DNA of 64,000 bases from an uncultured Actinomycetota bacterium (GCA_963743915.1 CAVURN010000001.1:608001-672000); one strand, 5' to 3'; positions 23,119-34,084 are shown, numbered from the stretch's first letter. Notes: generated by a model from the letters alone, not told the origin. Numbers and translations: made by a program.

Positions 23119-23961
23119 TCACACCTCGCCGCGTCGTTGCCACCGAAAGGTGGTCAGAGCCAGGACGAGGCCGATCAGACACCACGCGACGAGCACAGCG
23201 GCGGCCATCGCCAGCTCCCAGCTGCCCGCGACCTCCAGCGCCTGCGCCGAGTCGGGGAGAAACACGCTGCGCATGCCCTGGGTCAGCCACTTGAGGGGGA
23301 AGAACGAGGCGAACGTCTGCATCCAGTCGGGCAGCTGGGAGAAGTTGATGAAGACACCCGACGTGAACTGCAGGACGAGCACGATCGGGGTGACCACCGC
23401 CGATGCGCCCTTGCCGGTGCGGGGGATCGACGAGAAGGCGATGCCCAGCAGCGTGCACGAGACCAGACCGAGGACCGACAACCAGGTGAAGCTCCACCAG
23501 TCGGTGGCGCTCGTCGGGATCTGGACATCGAAGAACAGCACTCCGACGACGAGCAGTGCGGTCACCTGGGCCACGTAGGCGACCACGACCAGTCCGATCT
23601 TGCCGACGAAGTAGGCGGCAGGGGGCATCGGTAGCCCACGAAGGCGCTTCAGCGTGCCGTCCTCGCGTTCCTGCGGGATGGCGATCGCCAGGTTCTGGAA
23701 CGCGGTGTAGAACACACCACTGGCGATCATGCCGGCGACGAAGTACTGCGAGAAGGTGATGCCGGTGTCGCCCAGCTCCTGCCCCGAGAAGACCGAGCCG
23801 AAGATGAACAGCAGCAGCACGGGCAAGGAGAACGTGAAGACGGCGGACTCGCGGTCGCGGAAGAACTGCTTGAGCTCGATACCGACGCGCGACCGGCCGA
23901 TCTGCCACGCCGAAGGGTGACGACGTGAATCGGCGTGGACGGACGCGGTGCCGTCAGTCAT
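23119..23961 (-). CDS. ABC-2 type transporter permease
   Basis: Six TM helices, EREDGTLKRL, FSQLPDW, FPLKW. Confidence 0.92.
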   Translation of the reverse strand: MTDGTASVHADSRRHPSAWQIGRSRVGIELKQFFRDRESAVFTFSLPVLLLFIFGSVFSGQELGDTGITFSQYFVAGMIASGVFYTAFQNLAIAIPQEREDGTLKRLRGLPMPPAAYFVGKIGLVVVAYVAQVTALLVVGVLFFDVQIPTSATDWWSFTWLSVLGLVSCTLLGIAFSSIPRTGKGASAVVTPIVLVLQFTSGVFINFSQLPDWMQTFASFFPLKWLTQGMRSVFLPDSAQALEVAGSWELAMAAAVLVAWCLIGLVLALTTFRWQRRGEV

Positions 23962-24812
23962 CGGGATCAGCTCCTCGGTGGCCGATCAGCTCCAGGTAGA
24001 TGTCCTCGAGGGTCGGCTTGTGCACTTCGAGGCCAGGCACCTCGCCTCCGAACCGCGCGGCAAGCTGCTGCACCACACGGGTCGGCTCATCCGTCTTTTC
24101 CTCCCGGACCGATCCGTCCACCAGCCAGCGGACGCGGGCCAGCCCGAGCTGGCGGCCGCCGATCCGATCGGGACGGTCGAAGGCGGCCACCCGGCCATCG
24201 GCGATGACCGCGACCTTGTCGGCCAGCCGCTCGGCCTCCTCCAGGTAGTGCGTCGTCAACAGGATCGTCGTGCCGCGCGCGGAGAGCGCATCGATGAGGT
24301 CCCAGAACTGTCGCCGCGCCTCGGGGTCGAATCCGGTGGTGGGTTCGTCGAGGAAGAGCAGCTCGGGTCGGCCGACGATCCCGAGGGCCACGTCGAGGCG
24401 CCGCCGCTGGCCACCGGAGAGCTTGTCGACACGCGAGTCTCGCTTCTCCTGCAGCCCCACCTGGTCCAGGACCACGTCGAGCGGCTCCGGGGAGGCGAAG
24501 TAGCCCGGAGAAGTGGCGTACCGACTCCTCGACCGTGAGGTCGGGAAGGTCGCGCGCGGTCTGCAGCACGATGCCGATCCGGCTCCGCCATGCGGAGGTC
24601 GCCTCCTCGGGGTCGAGGTCGAGCACGCGCACCGCGCCGGCGTCCCGGTGCCGGTAGCCCTCGAGGATCTCGGTGAACGTGGTCTTGCCCGCCCCGTTGG
24701 GGCCGAGCAGGGCGACGCACTCGCCCTCTGCCACCTCGAGGGTGACATCGGCGACCGCCTCGACGTCGCCGTACCTCTTGCGCACACCCTCCGCGACGAT
24801 CGGCGTGGTCAT
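23954..24812 (-). CDS. ABC transporter ATP-binding protein (frameshift near 24510)
   Basis: GPNGAGKT in one frame; LSGGQ, LFLDEPT and LTTH in another. Confidence 0.88.
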
Positions 24813-25490
24813 CAGAACAGCTTCAGCGAGGGGTCGGTGCGTCCACGAAGCGCGTCGTAGTCGAGCGTGACGCACTCGATGCCGCGATCCTGGGCCAGGA
24901 CCTTGGCCTGAGGCTTGATCTCCTGCGCCGCGAACACGCCGCGCACCGGCCGCAGCAGGGGATCGCGGTTGAGCAGTTCCAGGTAGCGAGTCAGCTGCTC
25001 GACACCGTCGATGTCTCCCCGACGCTTGATCTCGATCGCCACTGCGCCCCCCTCGGCGTCCCGGGCCAGGATGTCGACCGGACCGATGGCCGTGGCGTAC
25101 TCGCGCCGGACCAGCGTCCAGCCCGGACCGAGGGACTCGATGTGCCGGGCGAGGAGCTCCTGCAGGTGAGCCTCGACACCGTCCTTCTGCAGACCGGGGT
25201 CGACGCCCAGCTGGTGCGTCAGTGTCGTGCAGGACCTCCTCCACCGAGATCAGCAGCCGATCACCGGTCTTGGTGTGGCTGACCGTCCACGTGCCGACGC
25301 CGGCCTCGTCCACCTCGATCACGGTTCGGCAGGGCGGGCTCATCCAGTTGAGCGGCTTGTACGCGCGGTCGTCCGCGTGGATCGAGACCGAGCCGTCGGA
25401 CTTGACCAGGATGAGGCGGGTCGCCATGGGCAGATGCGCGCTCAAGCGTCCGGTGTAGTCCACCGAGCAACGGGCGATGACGAGGCGCAT
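24812..25490 (-). CDS. nucS: mismatch-specific endonuclease NucS/EndoMS (frameshifted near 25200-25245)
   Basis: [12 protein letters not shown]...[10 protein letters not shown] and [20 protein letters not shown]. Confidence 0.93.
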
Positions 25491-25579
25491 GATCTCCGAA
25501 CCTACCGACCCCGAGACCCTCGTGCGGCCTCAGCCCAACGAGTCGAGGACCTCCCGCGGTGCGTCTGCGAGCACACCGC

Positions 25580-26465
25580 TCAGTAGCGCGCGATGACGTC
25601 ACGCCACGCCTGCTGGGACGGCTCGTCGAGCAGACGGAACTCTCCGCCGATCGGCGAGTCGAAGTACAGGACGAAGCTGGCGCCTTCCTCGGACAGGTAC
25701 TGGCCCATCTCCCGCAGCCAGTCCGCGCGCAGGGCGCCGGTGGTGTCCTCGGGTGCCAGGAGCGACGCGGTCTCAGCGATGCCCCAGCCGAGGCCGAGGT
25801 CTCGCGACTTGGCGATCGCCGTTCCGTACAGGTCGTCCGGGTCCGCGTACGGACGCGCGTCCGACGCCTTGCTGTAGCAGTCCCATCCCATCGCCTCGAC
25901 GACGTCCTCCCCTGGGAAGAAGTCCGAGAAGGACCTTCCCGACCGGTGCTCCAGCGTCCAGCACATGAGCACGACGGTGTTGTGCAGCCGCGGGTTGTCG
26001 GCCGCGTCAGCCAGTGTCGCCACATGCCGGTACGCCGCCCGCCAGGCCTCGGCGGTGAACTCGCCACGCTCCACGTCGTCCTCGGGCTCGTGGAAGAACG
26101 TCCACCAGACGTCGCGGTCCCGAGGTGCAGCGGCGAACCACCGCCTCAGGACGACGTCGTCAGCCCCCGACAGGATCTCAGCGGGATCGGCCTTGAAGGA
26201 GACGACCAGTGCGCTGTCCACGGCGTCGGTCACGGAGTCCCAGGCGGCGGGGAAGGCCGGGGTGAAAGACGCGTACCGCCTCCAAGCCTCCGTAGCGCTC
26301 GTCCGAGCGCTGTGCTGCCGCCGCCCAGGACTGCGAACCGGCATAGACGCTGACGCCGAACTTCGTGGTGTCCCGTTCAGCTGGAGCCGGTCCCAGCAGC
26401 GTGAGAGCCAGCGCCACCCCCACCGTGAACAGTGCGAACAGCCACCAGCCCTGACGCGTGGTCAC
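25580..26465 (-). CDS. secreted GH26-like glycoside hydrolase (frameshift near 26275)
   Basis: Signal peptide MTTRQGWWL..., FFHEPE acid/base-like, GWDCY, GIAETA nucleophile-like. Confidence 0.65.
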
Positions 26466-26468
26466 CCG

Positions 26469-27747
26469 CTAGAGGGGACAGAAGGCAATGCGGGCGCGGT
26501 ACTCGCGGGCGAATCGCTGTCCGTCGCTCCCGACCCACAGGCCGGCGGACGTCACCAGGAAGTCCTTGCCGCCCACGCCGCGGGTCTTGGTGGGGTTCCA
26601 GGGCAGCGCCGTCCCCTGCGTCGGATGAATGGCCCCGATCCCGGGTCGCGACACCGCCCCGGCTCCGGCCGAGTCACGGCCCAGGGGGTTGTCCAACCAC
26701 CGCTGGTGGCCCTGGACGTAGACCGCTGCCCCGGTCACGGCCACGGCGTGAAGGGTGTCGCCCCCGGTGTAGTTGATCCAGGTCGGACGGCTCGGGCTCG
26801 CCACGGAGGTCTCGAACCGCGCCGCCGCGTCGCAGAGGTCGCGACCGACGCCTCCTGACCGGGGGACGTAGCCCGTCGACACGAACACGAAGTAGGAGCC
26901 GTCCGGGGAGAAGTCCACGTCGCGCAGGTAGGCGGGCAGGCTGCTGGCTGCGCAGAGGTTCTCCAGCGGCTGGTAGTACCAGGGGTTCAGGGTCGCCTCG
27001 GACGGCCCGAGGTCCAGCATGAAGGCCTGCCAGCGCCTGAGCACCGGCCACCGACGTGAAGTTGCCGAGGGCCACCAGGCGAGTCCCCGCGGGGTTCACC
27101 GCGAACTTGTAGACCTTGGTCGGCCCGGAGTTGTCCGCGACCCGACCGGTGATCGACAGATCGAGGTAGCCGGTGTCGGCCCCGGTCGCCGGATCGAGGG
27201 CAAGGAGCTTGCCCGGGAACTTGCCTGCGATGAAGAGTCGACCGTCCACCAGGCGGATCTCGGTGATGTTGCCGCTCTTGATCTTCGGCTGGAAGGTCTG
27301 GTCCACCTCACCGGTGGAGGCATCGAGCTTGACCAGCTTCCTGGCCGTCACCCCGTTGACGGTCGTGAAGTCGCCGCCGACGTAGAGCGAGGATCCTGCG
27401 GCCTCGATCGCCCAGACCGTTCCGTTGAACTCCGGTGTGAACGAGGTGAGAGCTCCGGTCGTGGCGCTGAAGGACATGAGGTTGTGGCGGACGTAGGTGG
27501 TCGTGCGCGACGAGTCCGAGACCGACCGGAACTTCCCGCCCGCGTACACCGTGCCGCCGAGCTGCTCCAGGGCATGGACGGCCGGCTTGCCCACCGCCGC
27601 GTCGGACTCGACGTTGGGCGTGAAGTTGGCCGGGTTGTCGCTGACCACCGTGCCCTGGGCGATCGACGCACCAGCACCCCCAGAGGGCAGCACCATGGCC
27701 GCGACCACGCAGATGAGCAGACCGATCTTCGCCGAGCTCTTTGCCAT
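26469..27747 (-). CDS. secreted beta-propeller repeat protein (frameshift near 27045)
   Basis: Signal peptide; repeated LYVGGxF/VYAGGKF/VYVQGH blades; DVDFSPDGSYF; LPWNP. Confidence 0.7.
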
Positions 27748-27870
27748 CAGTTTCCCCCATAAACAGGTATCGATCGGGCCGCGCCGCCCCCGGCGCCGTC
27801 CACGGGCTTCCCCCGGTCTATCACTGCCCGCGGCCCTCGGCCACACCTGACGCACGCCCATGCCCCAACT

Positions 27871-27886
27871 GTCACCGACCTGTCAC
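27871..27886. promoter_or_regulatory. GTCAC-n6-GTCAC direct repeat (MtrA/GlnR-type box)
   Basis: ctgtcacc twice at 11-bp spacing, ~125 nt upstream of the propeller gene. Confidence 0.45.
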
Positions 27887-27904
27887 CCGCCCGATCTGCC
27901 GGAA

Positions 27905-28432
27905 TCAGGACCGAGCGGTCACCCGCGGGTAGAAGTGACGCCTCTGAGGTGCCCAGTCCACTCGTCCCTCGGCGTCGACCATCTTGGCGCTCACGCGCAC
28001 GGCACCGTGCAGGTGGAGGCAGTCACGGGAGGCCCGCCAGATGGCGACCTCCCTCGCGCTCGAGGCACTCATCCGGACCCTGCCGCAGGTGGTCAGCGGT
28101 CGTCCGCGCTCGCCCCACTTGTCGACCCGGTAGAGGGCCCACTCGCTGTCGGGCACCGCCACCATGCGCAGCTCGGGTCCACGATTCCTGAGATTTCGAT
28201 CCACAAAGACCGTCAAGGCGCTCCCGAGGACGATCCGGTCGACCTTGACGGTCACCCGGAAGCGATCGGCCCGCCGGTCGTTGCGCACCTTGACCCGCTG
28301 GATGTCGCTGGCTGACGTCGTCTCGTTCACCTTGTCCTGGAACACCGACGTGGCGGCTGTGGCCGCTCCCGTCGGCAGAAGTGTCATGCTCGCAGCCAGT
28401 ACCGCCAGCCCTGTGGCGCGGACAGTCTTCAT
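27905..28432 (-). CDS. secreted hypothetical protein
   Basis: Signal peptide MKTVRATGLAVLAAS...ATA; gaaggga RBS. Confidence 0.7.
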   Translation of the reverse strand: MKTVRATGLAVLAASMTLLPTGAATAATSVFQDKVNETTSASDIQRVKVRNDRRADRFRVTVKVDRIVLGSALTVFVDRNLRNRGPELRMVAVPDSEWALYRVDKWGERGRPLTTCGRVRMSASSAREVAIWRASRDCLHLHGAVRVSAKMVDAEGRVDWAPQRRHFYPRVTARS

Positions 28433-28562
28433 GAAGCGCTCCCTTCTCGGTTCCGGCCCACCTCTCTCCACTCCGGAGCGGGATAAACCCCGGCCTTCGA
28501 ACCAACCGCCCGGAAGTGGGAGGATGAGCGGCTGTCGGCCCCAGTGAGCACAGGAGATCGAG

Positions 28563-30338
28563 ATGGCGCGCGAGTTCACCAAGGTGGGGGTCGTCGGCCT
28601 CGGCACGATGGGGGCGGGAATCACCGAGGTGTTCGCACGCAGCGGCCTCGAGGTGGTCGCGGTGGAGCGTGACGAAGCCGGCCTCGCAGCAGGCGTCGGC
28701 CACGTCGAGTCGTCCACCTCGCGCGCGGTGAAGCGCAGCAAGCTCTCCGAGGAGGAGAAGCAGGCGATCTTCGACCGCATCACCTTCTCGACGTCCCTGG
28801 ATGACCTCGCGGACTGCCACCTGGTCATCGAGGCGGTCCCCGAGAAGCTCGAGCTCAAGCAGCACATCTTCACCGAGCTTGACCGCATCACTGCCCCGGA
28901 CGCCATCCTGGCCACGAACACCTCGTCCCTGTCGGTCACGGAGATCTCGGTGGCGACGCACCGACCCGCGCAGGTCGTCGGCATGCACTTCTTCAACCCC
29001 GCGCCGGTGCTGAAGCTCGTCGAGGTCATCCGCACGGTCGTCACGGACGTCCAGGTGATCGAGGACGTGAAGGCGCTCAGCGAGCGTCTCGGCAAGGTTC
29101 CGGTCGTCGTGGGGGACAAGGCGGGTTTCATCGCGAACGCCCTGCTCTTCGGCTACCTCAACCACGCGGTATCGATGTACGAGCAGCGGTACGCGTCACG
29201 TGAGGACATCGACGCCGCCATGAAGCTCGGCTGCGGGCTCCCGATGGGTCCGCTCGCCCTGCTCGACCTGATCGGGCTCGACACCGCCTACGAGATCCTC
29301 GACACGATGTACAAGCAGACGCGCGACCGACTTCATGCGCCGAGCCCCATCATCAAGCAGATGGTCACGGCCGGTGTGAAGGGCCGCAAGACCGGTCGGG
29401 GCTTCTACACCTACGAGGCCCCTGACTCACCGGTCGTCGTCGCCGACGCCCAGACCCCCGTCCCCAATGGGGACGACTCGCACACGCGACCGGTCCAGAG
29501 GGTCGGGATCGTGGGTTCCGGGACCATGGCAGTCGGCATCGCCGAGGTGTTCGCCAAAGCCGGGTACGACGTCGTCCTGCGCGCCCGGGGCACCGAGCAG
29601 ATCGACAAGGCACGTGTAGCCATCGGACGGTCCCTTGAGAAGGCAGTCGTACGCGGCAAGTTGACCGAGGAAGAGCGGGACGCCGCGCTCGGCCGGTTCT
29701 CGGGCAGCACGTCGTTCGACGACTTCGCCGACTGTGACCTCTTCGTCGAAGCCACGGTCGAGGAGCTCTCGGTCAAGCAGGCGATCTTCGCCACCCTGGA
29801 CGAGCTCGCCAAGCCCGGCGCCATCCTCGCGACCACCACGTCCAGCCTGCCGGTGGTCGACATCGCGTCCGCCACGTCGCGCATGGGGGACGTTGTCGGC
29901 ATGCACTTCTTCAACCCCGCCCCCGTCATGAAGCTGGTCGAGGTGGTGCACACCATCAACACCGACCCACAGGTCGTCGACACCGTTCGGGTGGTCTGCG
30001 AGCGCCTGGGCAAGCACCCGGTCACGTGCAGCGACCGCGCCGGCTTCATCGTCAACGCCCTGCTCTTCCCGTACCTCAACGACTCGGTGAAGATGCTCGA
30101 GGCGCACTACGCGACGGCCGAGGACATCGACAACGCCATGAAGGTGGGGTGCGGCTACCCGATGGGGCCCTTCGAGCTGCTCGACGTCGTCGGCCTCGAT
30201 GTCGCGCTCGCGATCCAGCGCGAGCTCTACCTCGAGTTCCGCGAGCCTGGGTTTGCACCCGCACCGCTCTTGGAGCACCTCGTCACGGCGGGCTACCTGG
30301 GCCGCAAGTCCACCCGCGGGTTCCGCGTCTACGCCTGA
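28563..30338 (+). CDS. 3-hydroxyacyl-CoA dehydrogenase with tandem duplicated domains
   Basis: Two Rossmann motifs (GLGTMGAG, GSGTMAVG), two HFFNPAP, two PMGP. Confidence 0.93.
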   Translation: MAREFTKVGVVGLGTMGAGITEVFARSGLEVVAVERDEAGLAAGVGHVESSTSRAVKRSKLSEEEKQAIFDRITFSTSLDDLADCHLVIEAVPEKLELKQHIFTELDRITAPDAILATNTSSLSVTEISVATHRPAQVVGMHFFNPAPVLKLVEVIRTVVTDVQVIEDVKALSERLGKVPVVVGDKAGFIANALLFGYLNHAVSMYEQRYASREDIDAAMKLGCGLPMGPLALLDLIGLDTAYEILDTMYKQTRDRLHAPSPIIKQMVTAGVKGRKTGRGFYTYEAPDSPVVVADAQTPVPNGDDSHTRPVQRVGIVGSGTMAVGIAEVFAKAGYDVVLRARGTEQIDKARVAIGRSLEKAVVRGKLTEEERDAALGRFSGSTSFDDFADCDLFVEATVEELSVKQAIFATLDELAKPGAILATTTSSLPVVDIASATSRMGDVVGMHFFNPAPVMKLVEVVHTINTDPQVVDTVRVVCERLGKHPVTCSDRAGFIVNALLFPYLNDSVKMLEAHYATAEDIDNAMKVGCGYPMGPFELLDVVGLDVALAIQRELYLEFREPGFAPAPLLEHLVTAGYLGRKSTRGFRVYA

Positions 30339-30360
30339 CGCGACGACGCCCGCCACCGTC

Positions 30361-30633
30361 ATGAGCAAGCGGAGACCCAAGCGGCGTCCGGCGGCACCCG
30401 TGACGACCGAGACGGTGGTCGAGTGGCGAGGTGAGCCGTGGGTCGTGCGACCCATTCGCGGGTCGTCGTCGACCAAGGCGTACCGCTGTCCTGGGTGCAA
30501 CCAGGAGATCCGCCCCGCGACGCCGCACACCGTGGTGTGGCCCCAGACGGCGATCGGAGGTGAGGGCGTCGACCTGCGCCGTCACTGGCACTCGGCCTGC
30601 TGGAACGCTCGCGATCGGCGGAGCCCCCGTTGA
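30361..30633 (+). CDS. small conserved actinobacterial Zn-finger-like protein
   Basis: KAYRCPGCNQEI...H...RRHWHSACW. Confidence 0.8.
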   Translation: MSKRRPKRRPAAPVTTETVVEWRGEPWVVRPIRGSSSTKAYRCPGCNQEIRPATPHTVVWPQTAIGGEGVDLRRHWHSACWNARDRRSPR

Positions 30634-31364
30634 GCCAGGAGATCCGGTCGAACACTGTCCTCCCCGCCCAGCGTGAGGCGGTCACCCTTCGCACAGATGA
30701 CGGGCTGGACCTCGTGGGGGAGTGGGCGCGACCACTGACGCGTCCAGCGCAAGCCACCCTCGTCACCTTCCATCCGCTTCCGACTGCCGGTGGCTTCATG
30801 GAGTCGCACGTGATCCGCAAGGCGTCCTACCGCCTTCCGGCACTCGCGGGAATCTCGGTGCTGCGGTTCAACACGCGGGGAACCGAGTCGCCACAGGGGC
30901 GCAGCGACGGTGCCTTCGATGAGGCGAGAGGCGAGCGCTTCGACGTGGACGCTGCTCTCGAGGCGGGACGCCGCGAGGCGTCGCCGCCGCTCGTGGTGCT
31001 CGGCTGGTCGTTCGGCACGGATCTGGTGCTCAAGTACGGACGCCAGAACGGCGTGGACCGCGTCGTCCTGCTGTCGCCACCCTTGCGGTACACCAGCGAT
31101 GCCGAGCTCGCGGTCTGGGCGGGCGCCGGCGTCCCGATGACGGTGCTCGTGCCCGAGCTCGACGACTTCCTCCGTCCGGACGAGGCGAGGCATCGGTTCG
31201 CGGTCATCCCCGATGCGACCGTGGTCGGGGTCGACGGGGCCAAGCACCTGTGGGTGGGCGAGAGGTACGTCCAGCGTGTCCTCGACGCCGTGGCCTCGGT
31301 CGCATTGGGCACTTCCGTGACGCTTCCGAGAGAATGGGAGGGCGCCGGAGAGGAGGGGCAGTGA
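30630..31364 (+). CDS. alpha/beta hydrolase
   Basis: HPLPTAGGFM, GWSFG nucleophile, DDFL, KHLW. Confidence 0.88.
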   Translation: MSQEIRSNTVLPAQREAVTLRTDDGLDLVGEWARPLTRPAQATLVTFHPLPTAGGFMESHVIRKASYRLPALAGISVLRFNTRGTESPQGRSDGAFDEARGERFDVDAALEAGRREASPPLVVLGWSFGTDLVLKYGRQNGVDRVVLLSPPLRYTSDAELAVWAGAGVPMTVLVPELDDFLRPDEARHRFAVIPDATVVGVDGAKHLWVGERYVQRVLDAVASVALGTSVTLPREWEGAGEEGQ

Positions 31365-32434
31365 ACCGCAGGATCGCGATCGTCGTGCCCTTCCTCGCCC
31401 TCGCGGCACTGGTGCTGACCTGGGGACGCGAGCTGAACGGCCCCGTCCTGGCGATCGACCTCCTGCTCCTGGCGTCGACCATCGTGGCTGCCGTCTATCA
31501 CGCCGAGGTGGTCGCACACCGGGTCGGCGAACCGTTCGGCACCTTGATCCTCGCGGTGGCGGTGACGGTCATCGAGGTCGCGTTGATCGTGGCCGTCATG
31601 GTGTCGTCGGGATCGGAGCCGTCGTCGCTGGCGCGCGACACGGTGTTCTCGGCCGTGATGATCACGGTCAACGGGATCGTCGGTCTGTCCCTGCTGATCG
31701 CGGCCTTCCGGCACCGGATGCCGAGCTTCAGTGCTGAGGGATCGGGTGCCGCCCTCGCCACGGTCGCTGCTCTCGCGACTTTCACCTTGGTGTTCCCCTC
31801 GTACACCACCAGCTCTGCCGGGCCCACCCTCAGCGGCGCGCAGCTGACCTTTGTGTCGCTCGCTGCCATCACGCTCTACGGACTCTTCGTGTTCGTCCAA
31901 GCCATCCGCCACCGGGAGTTCTTCGTGCCCGGTGAGGGGGTCACCAGTGAGCGGGACGATCTCGGTGCGCGGCCCGAGCAGCGCGCTGCCCTCTTCAGTC
32001 TCGGCCTGCTGCTGGTCTCCTTGGTCGGTGTGGTGGGGCTCGCCAAGACCGCGTCCCCGAACATCCAGGCGGGAATCGAGTCGGTCGGGCTCCCGGCCAG
32101 CTTCGTGGGTGTCGTCATCGCCTTCCTCATCCTGCTCCCCGAGGGTGCCGCCGCCGTGCGCGCGGCATGGGTCAACCGGGTTCAGTCGAGCATGAACCTG
32201 GCGCTCGGTTCGGCGATGGCCAGCATCGGGCTCACGATCCCGGTCATCGCGGTCGTGTCGCAGATCATCGACACCCCGCTGCTGCTCGGGCTCGCTCCTG
32301 TGCAGGTGGTGCTCTTCGCCCTCAGCATGTTCGTCGCCGCCTTGACGATCACGCCCGGACGGTCGACGGTGATGCAGGGCGGTGTCCATCTGGTGCTCTT
32401 TTCCGGGTTCGTGGTCCTGTCGGTGAGTCCCTAG
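31361..32434 (+). CDS. Ca2+/H+ antiporter (ChaA-like, CaCA family)
   Basis: HAEVVAHRVGEPFG, VTVIEV, LLPEG, NLALGS. Confidence 0.9.
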   Translation: MNRRIAIVVPFLALAALVLTWGRELNGPVLAIDLLLLASTIVAAVYHAEVVAHRVGEPFGTLILAVAVTVIEVALIVAVMVSSGSEPSSLARDTVFSAVMITVNGIVGLSLLIAAFRHRMPSFSAEGSGAALATVAALATFTLVFPSYTTSSAGPTLSGAQLTFVSLAAITLYGLFVFVQAIRHREFFVPGEGVTSERDDLGARPEQRAALFSLGLLLVSLVGVVGLAKTASPNIQAGIESVGLPASFVGVVIAFLILLPEGAAAVRAAWVNRVQSSMNLALGSAMASIGLTIPVIAVVSQIIDTPLLLGLAPVQVVLFALSMFVAALTITPGRSTVMQGGVHLVLFSGFVVLSVSP

Positions 32435-32444
32435 GAGGTACGGC

Positions 32445-33185
32445 GTGACGCCACTGGTGCTGCTGCACGCGTTCCCGCTGTCGCGGGTGATGTACGACCC
32501 GGTGGTACGGCTGATCTCGTGCCGCACGGTCGTGCCTGACCTGCCTGGCTTCGGCTCGGAGCCGTTGGCCATGGGCGAGCCGAGCCTCGACGTCTATGCC
32601 GACCACGTCGTGGGTGTGATGGACAGGCTCGGCATCGAACGCGGTGTCATCGCGGGCACCTCGATGGGTGGTTACGCCGCGATGGCGATGTGGCGACGCC
32701 ACCCCGAGCGGGTGGCCGGGCTCGGGCTGATCGACACGAAGGCCTCAGCGGATGCGCCTGAGGCCGCGGCGGGTCGCCGTCAGATGGCGTCCGTGATGGA
32801 GGAGCAAAGCACCACCGGACCACTCATCGAGAGCGTGCTGCCGAAGCTGCTGGGCGAGACGACGGTGGCCTCCCGCCCCGACGTCGCCGCGAACGTGCGT
32901 GACTGGGTCAGCACCTGTGACCCACGCGCCGCCGCCTGGGCTCAGCGTGCGATGGCAGCGCGCCCTGATTCCTTCGACACGTTGCGGGGCGTCGATGTCC
33001 CATCACTCGTGGTCGTCGGCGACGAGGACGTGCTCGCGCCCCGCGGAGACGCCGAGGCCATGGCAGAGGCGCTACCGGATGTCGCGCTCGTCGCCGTCCC
33101 CGAGGCGGGGCACCTCACGCCGGTCGAGTCTCCCGCAGATGTGGTGTCGGCGTTGGAGCGTCTCTGCGTGCGCGCGGACGGGTGA
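32445..33185 (+). CDS. alpha/beta fold hydrolase
   Basis: LHAFP, DLPGFG, GTSMGG, GDED, AGHL. Confidence 0.9.
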   Translation: MTPLVLLHAFPLSRVMYDPVVRLISCRTVVPDLPGFGSEPLAMGEPSLDVYADHVVGVMDRLGIERGVIAGTSMGGYAAMAMWRRHPERVAGLGLIDTKASADAPEAAAGRRQMASVMEEQSTTGPLIESVLPKLLGETTVASRPDVAANVRDWVSTCDPRAAAWAQRAMAARPDSFDTLRGVDVPSLVVVGDEDVLAPRGDAEAMAEALPDVALVAVPEAGHLTPVESPADVVSALERLCVRADG

Positions 33186-34056
33186 GCCAGGCACCGAGGA
33201 GCACCAGCACCGCGCCGACCGGCTCGTTCCAGGTCAGTGCCTCGCCGAGCACGACGATGCCGAGGGTGGTCGAGACCAGCGGGATGAGGTAGGTGACGGT
33301 GGACGCCGTGGTCGCCCCGGCCAGGGCGACGACGCGATAGAGGAGCACGTACGCCAGCCCGGTGCCGAGGACGCCGAGACCGAGCATGGCCATCACCACG
33401 TCCAGCGCGACATCGGTGGGTGCATCGCCCTGGGGGACCACCACCAGGGACAGCGCCCCCGTCGCCACGATCAGCTGAGCCGCCGGATACTGCGCAGGGC
33501 TGCGGACGTCTCGACGACCGGCGAGGTGCTTTCCGGTGTAGGTGACGGCGAAGCCGTAGCACGCGGTCGCAGCGAGACTTGCGGCTGTTCCCAGGAGGAA
33601 GCCTGAGTCGATCGACTGTGCACCGAGCGACCACGGTCCCAGCACCACCACGACCCCGACGAACCCCAGCAGCAGCCCGCCCACGACGCTGCGGGTCGGC
33701 CGGGTGCCGGGGACCAGGACCAAGGCCATGAGGACCGTCCACAGCGGCGTCGTCGCGTTCCAGATGCCGGCGAGGATGCTCGAGATGTGGGTCTGGGCCC
33801 AGGCGAAGAGCAGGAAGGGGATGGCATTGAAGGTGAGTCCGACGATCACGAGGTGGCGCCACGTCGTCCAGCCCCGTGGAAGGCCGGTACGCCTGAGCCC
33901 GAGGGTCACCAACAGCGCGAGTGCCCCCAGCGAGACACGCGAGAACGCCACCTGCGCCGGGGTGAGGCGGTCGAGCCCGACCTCGATGAAGAGGAATGAG
34001 GATCCCCATACGACGGTGAGCACGAGATAGGGGGCGATCCAGCCTCGACGAGTCAC
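33115..34056 (-). CDS. DMT/EamA family transporter
   Basis: WGSSF, NATTPL, YLIPLVS, LGEAL; ten TM helices. Confidence 0.92.
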   Translation of the reverse strand: MTRRGWIAPYLVLTVVWGSSFLFIEVGLDRLTPAQVAFSRVSLGALALLVTLGLRRTGLPRGWTTWRHLVIVGLTFNAIPFLLFAWAQTHISSILAGIWNATTPLWTVLMALVLVPGTRPTRSVVGGLLLGFVGVVVVLGPWSLGAQSIDSGFLLGTAASLAATACYGFAVTYTGKHLAGRRDVRSPAQYPAAQLIVATGALSLVVVPQGDAPTDVALDVVMAMLGLGVLGTGLAYVLLYRVVALAGATTASTVTYLIPLVSTTLGIVVLGEALTWNEPVGAVLVLLGAWLTRPRARRDAPTPTPHLRETRPA

Positions 34057-34062
34057 CCGTGC

Positions 34063-34084
34063 ATCGTGTCAAACGGGTCCGACA
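34063..34084 (-). promoter_or_regulatory. PafBC/RecA-NDp-like promoter, leaderless
   Basis: Minus strand TGTCGG-acccgtttga(10)-CACGAT, 6 nt before the GTG start. Confidence 0.55.

Noticed and set aside
24812-25490. nucS frameshift as a natural mutator or phase-variable allele
   Set aside because: Similar single indels hit neighbouring genes and the essential gatB, so sequencing error is more likely
33115-33185. 71-bp convergent overlap of the hydrolase and EamA 3' ends
   Set aside because: The overlapping EamA tail is low-complexity read-through, common in GC-rich genomes
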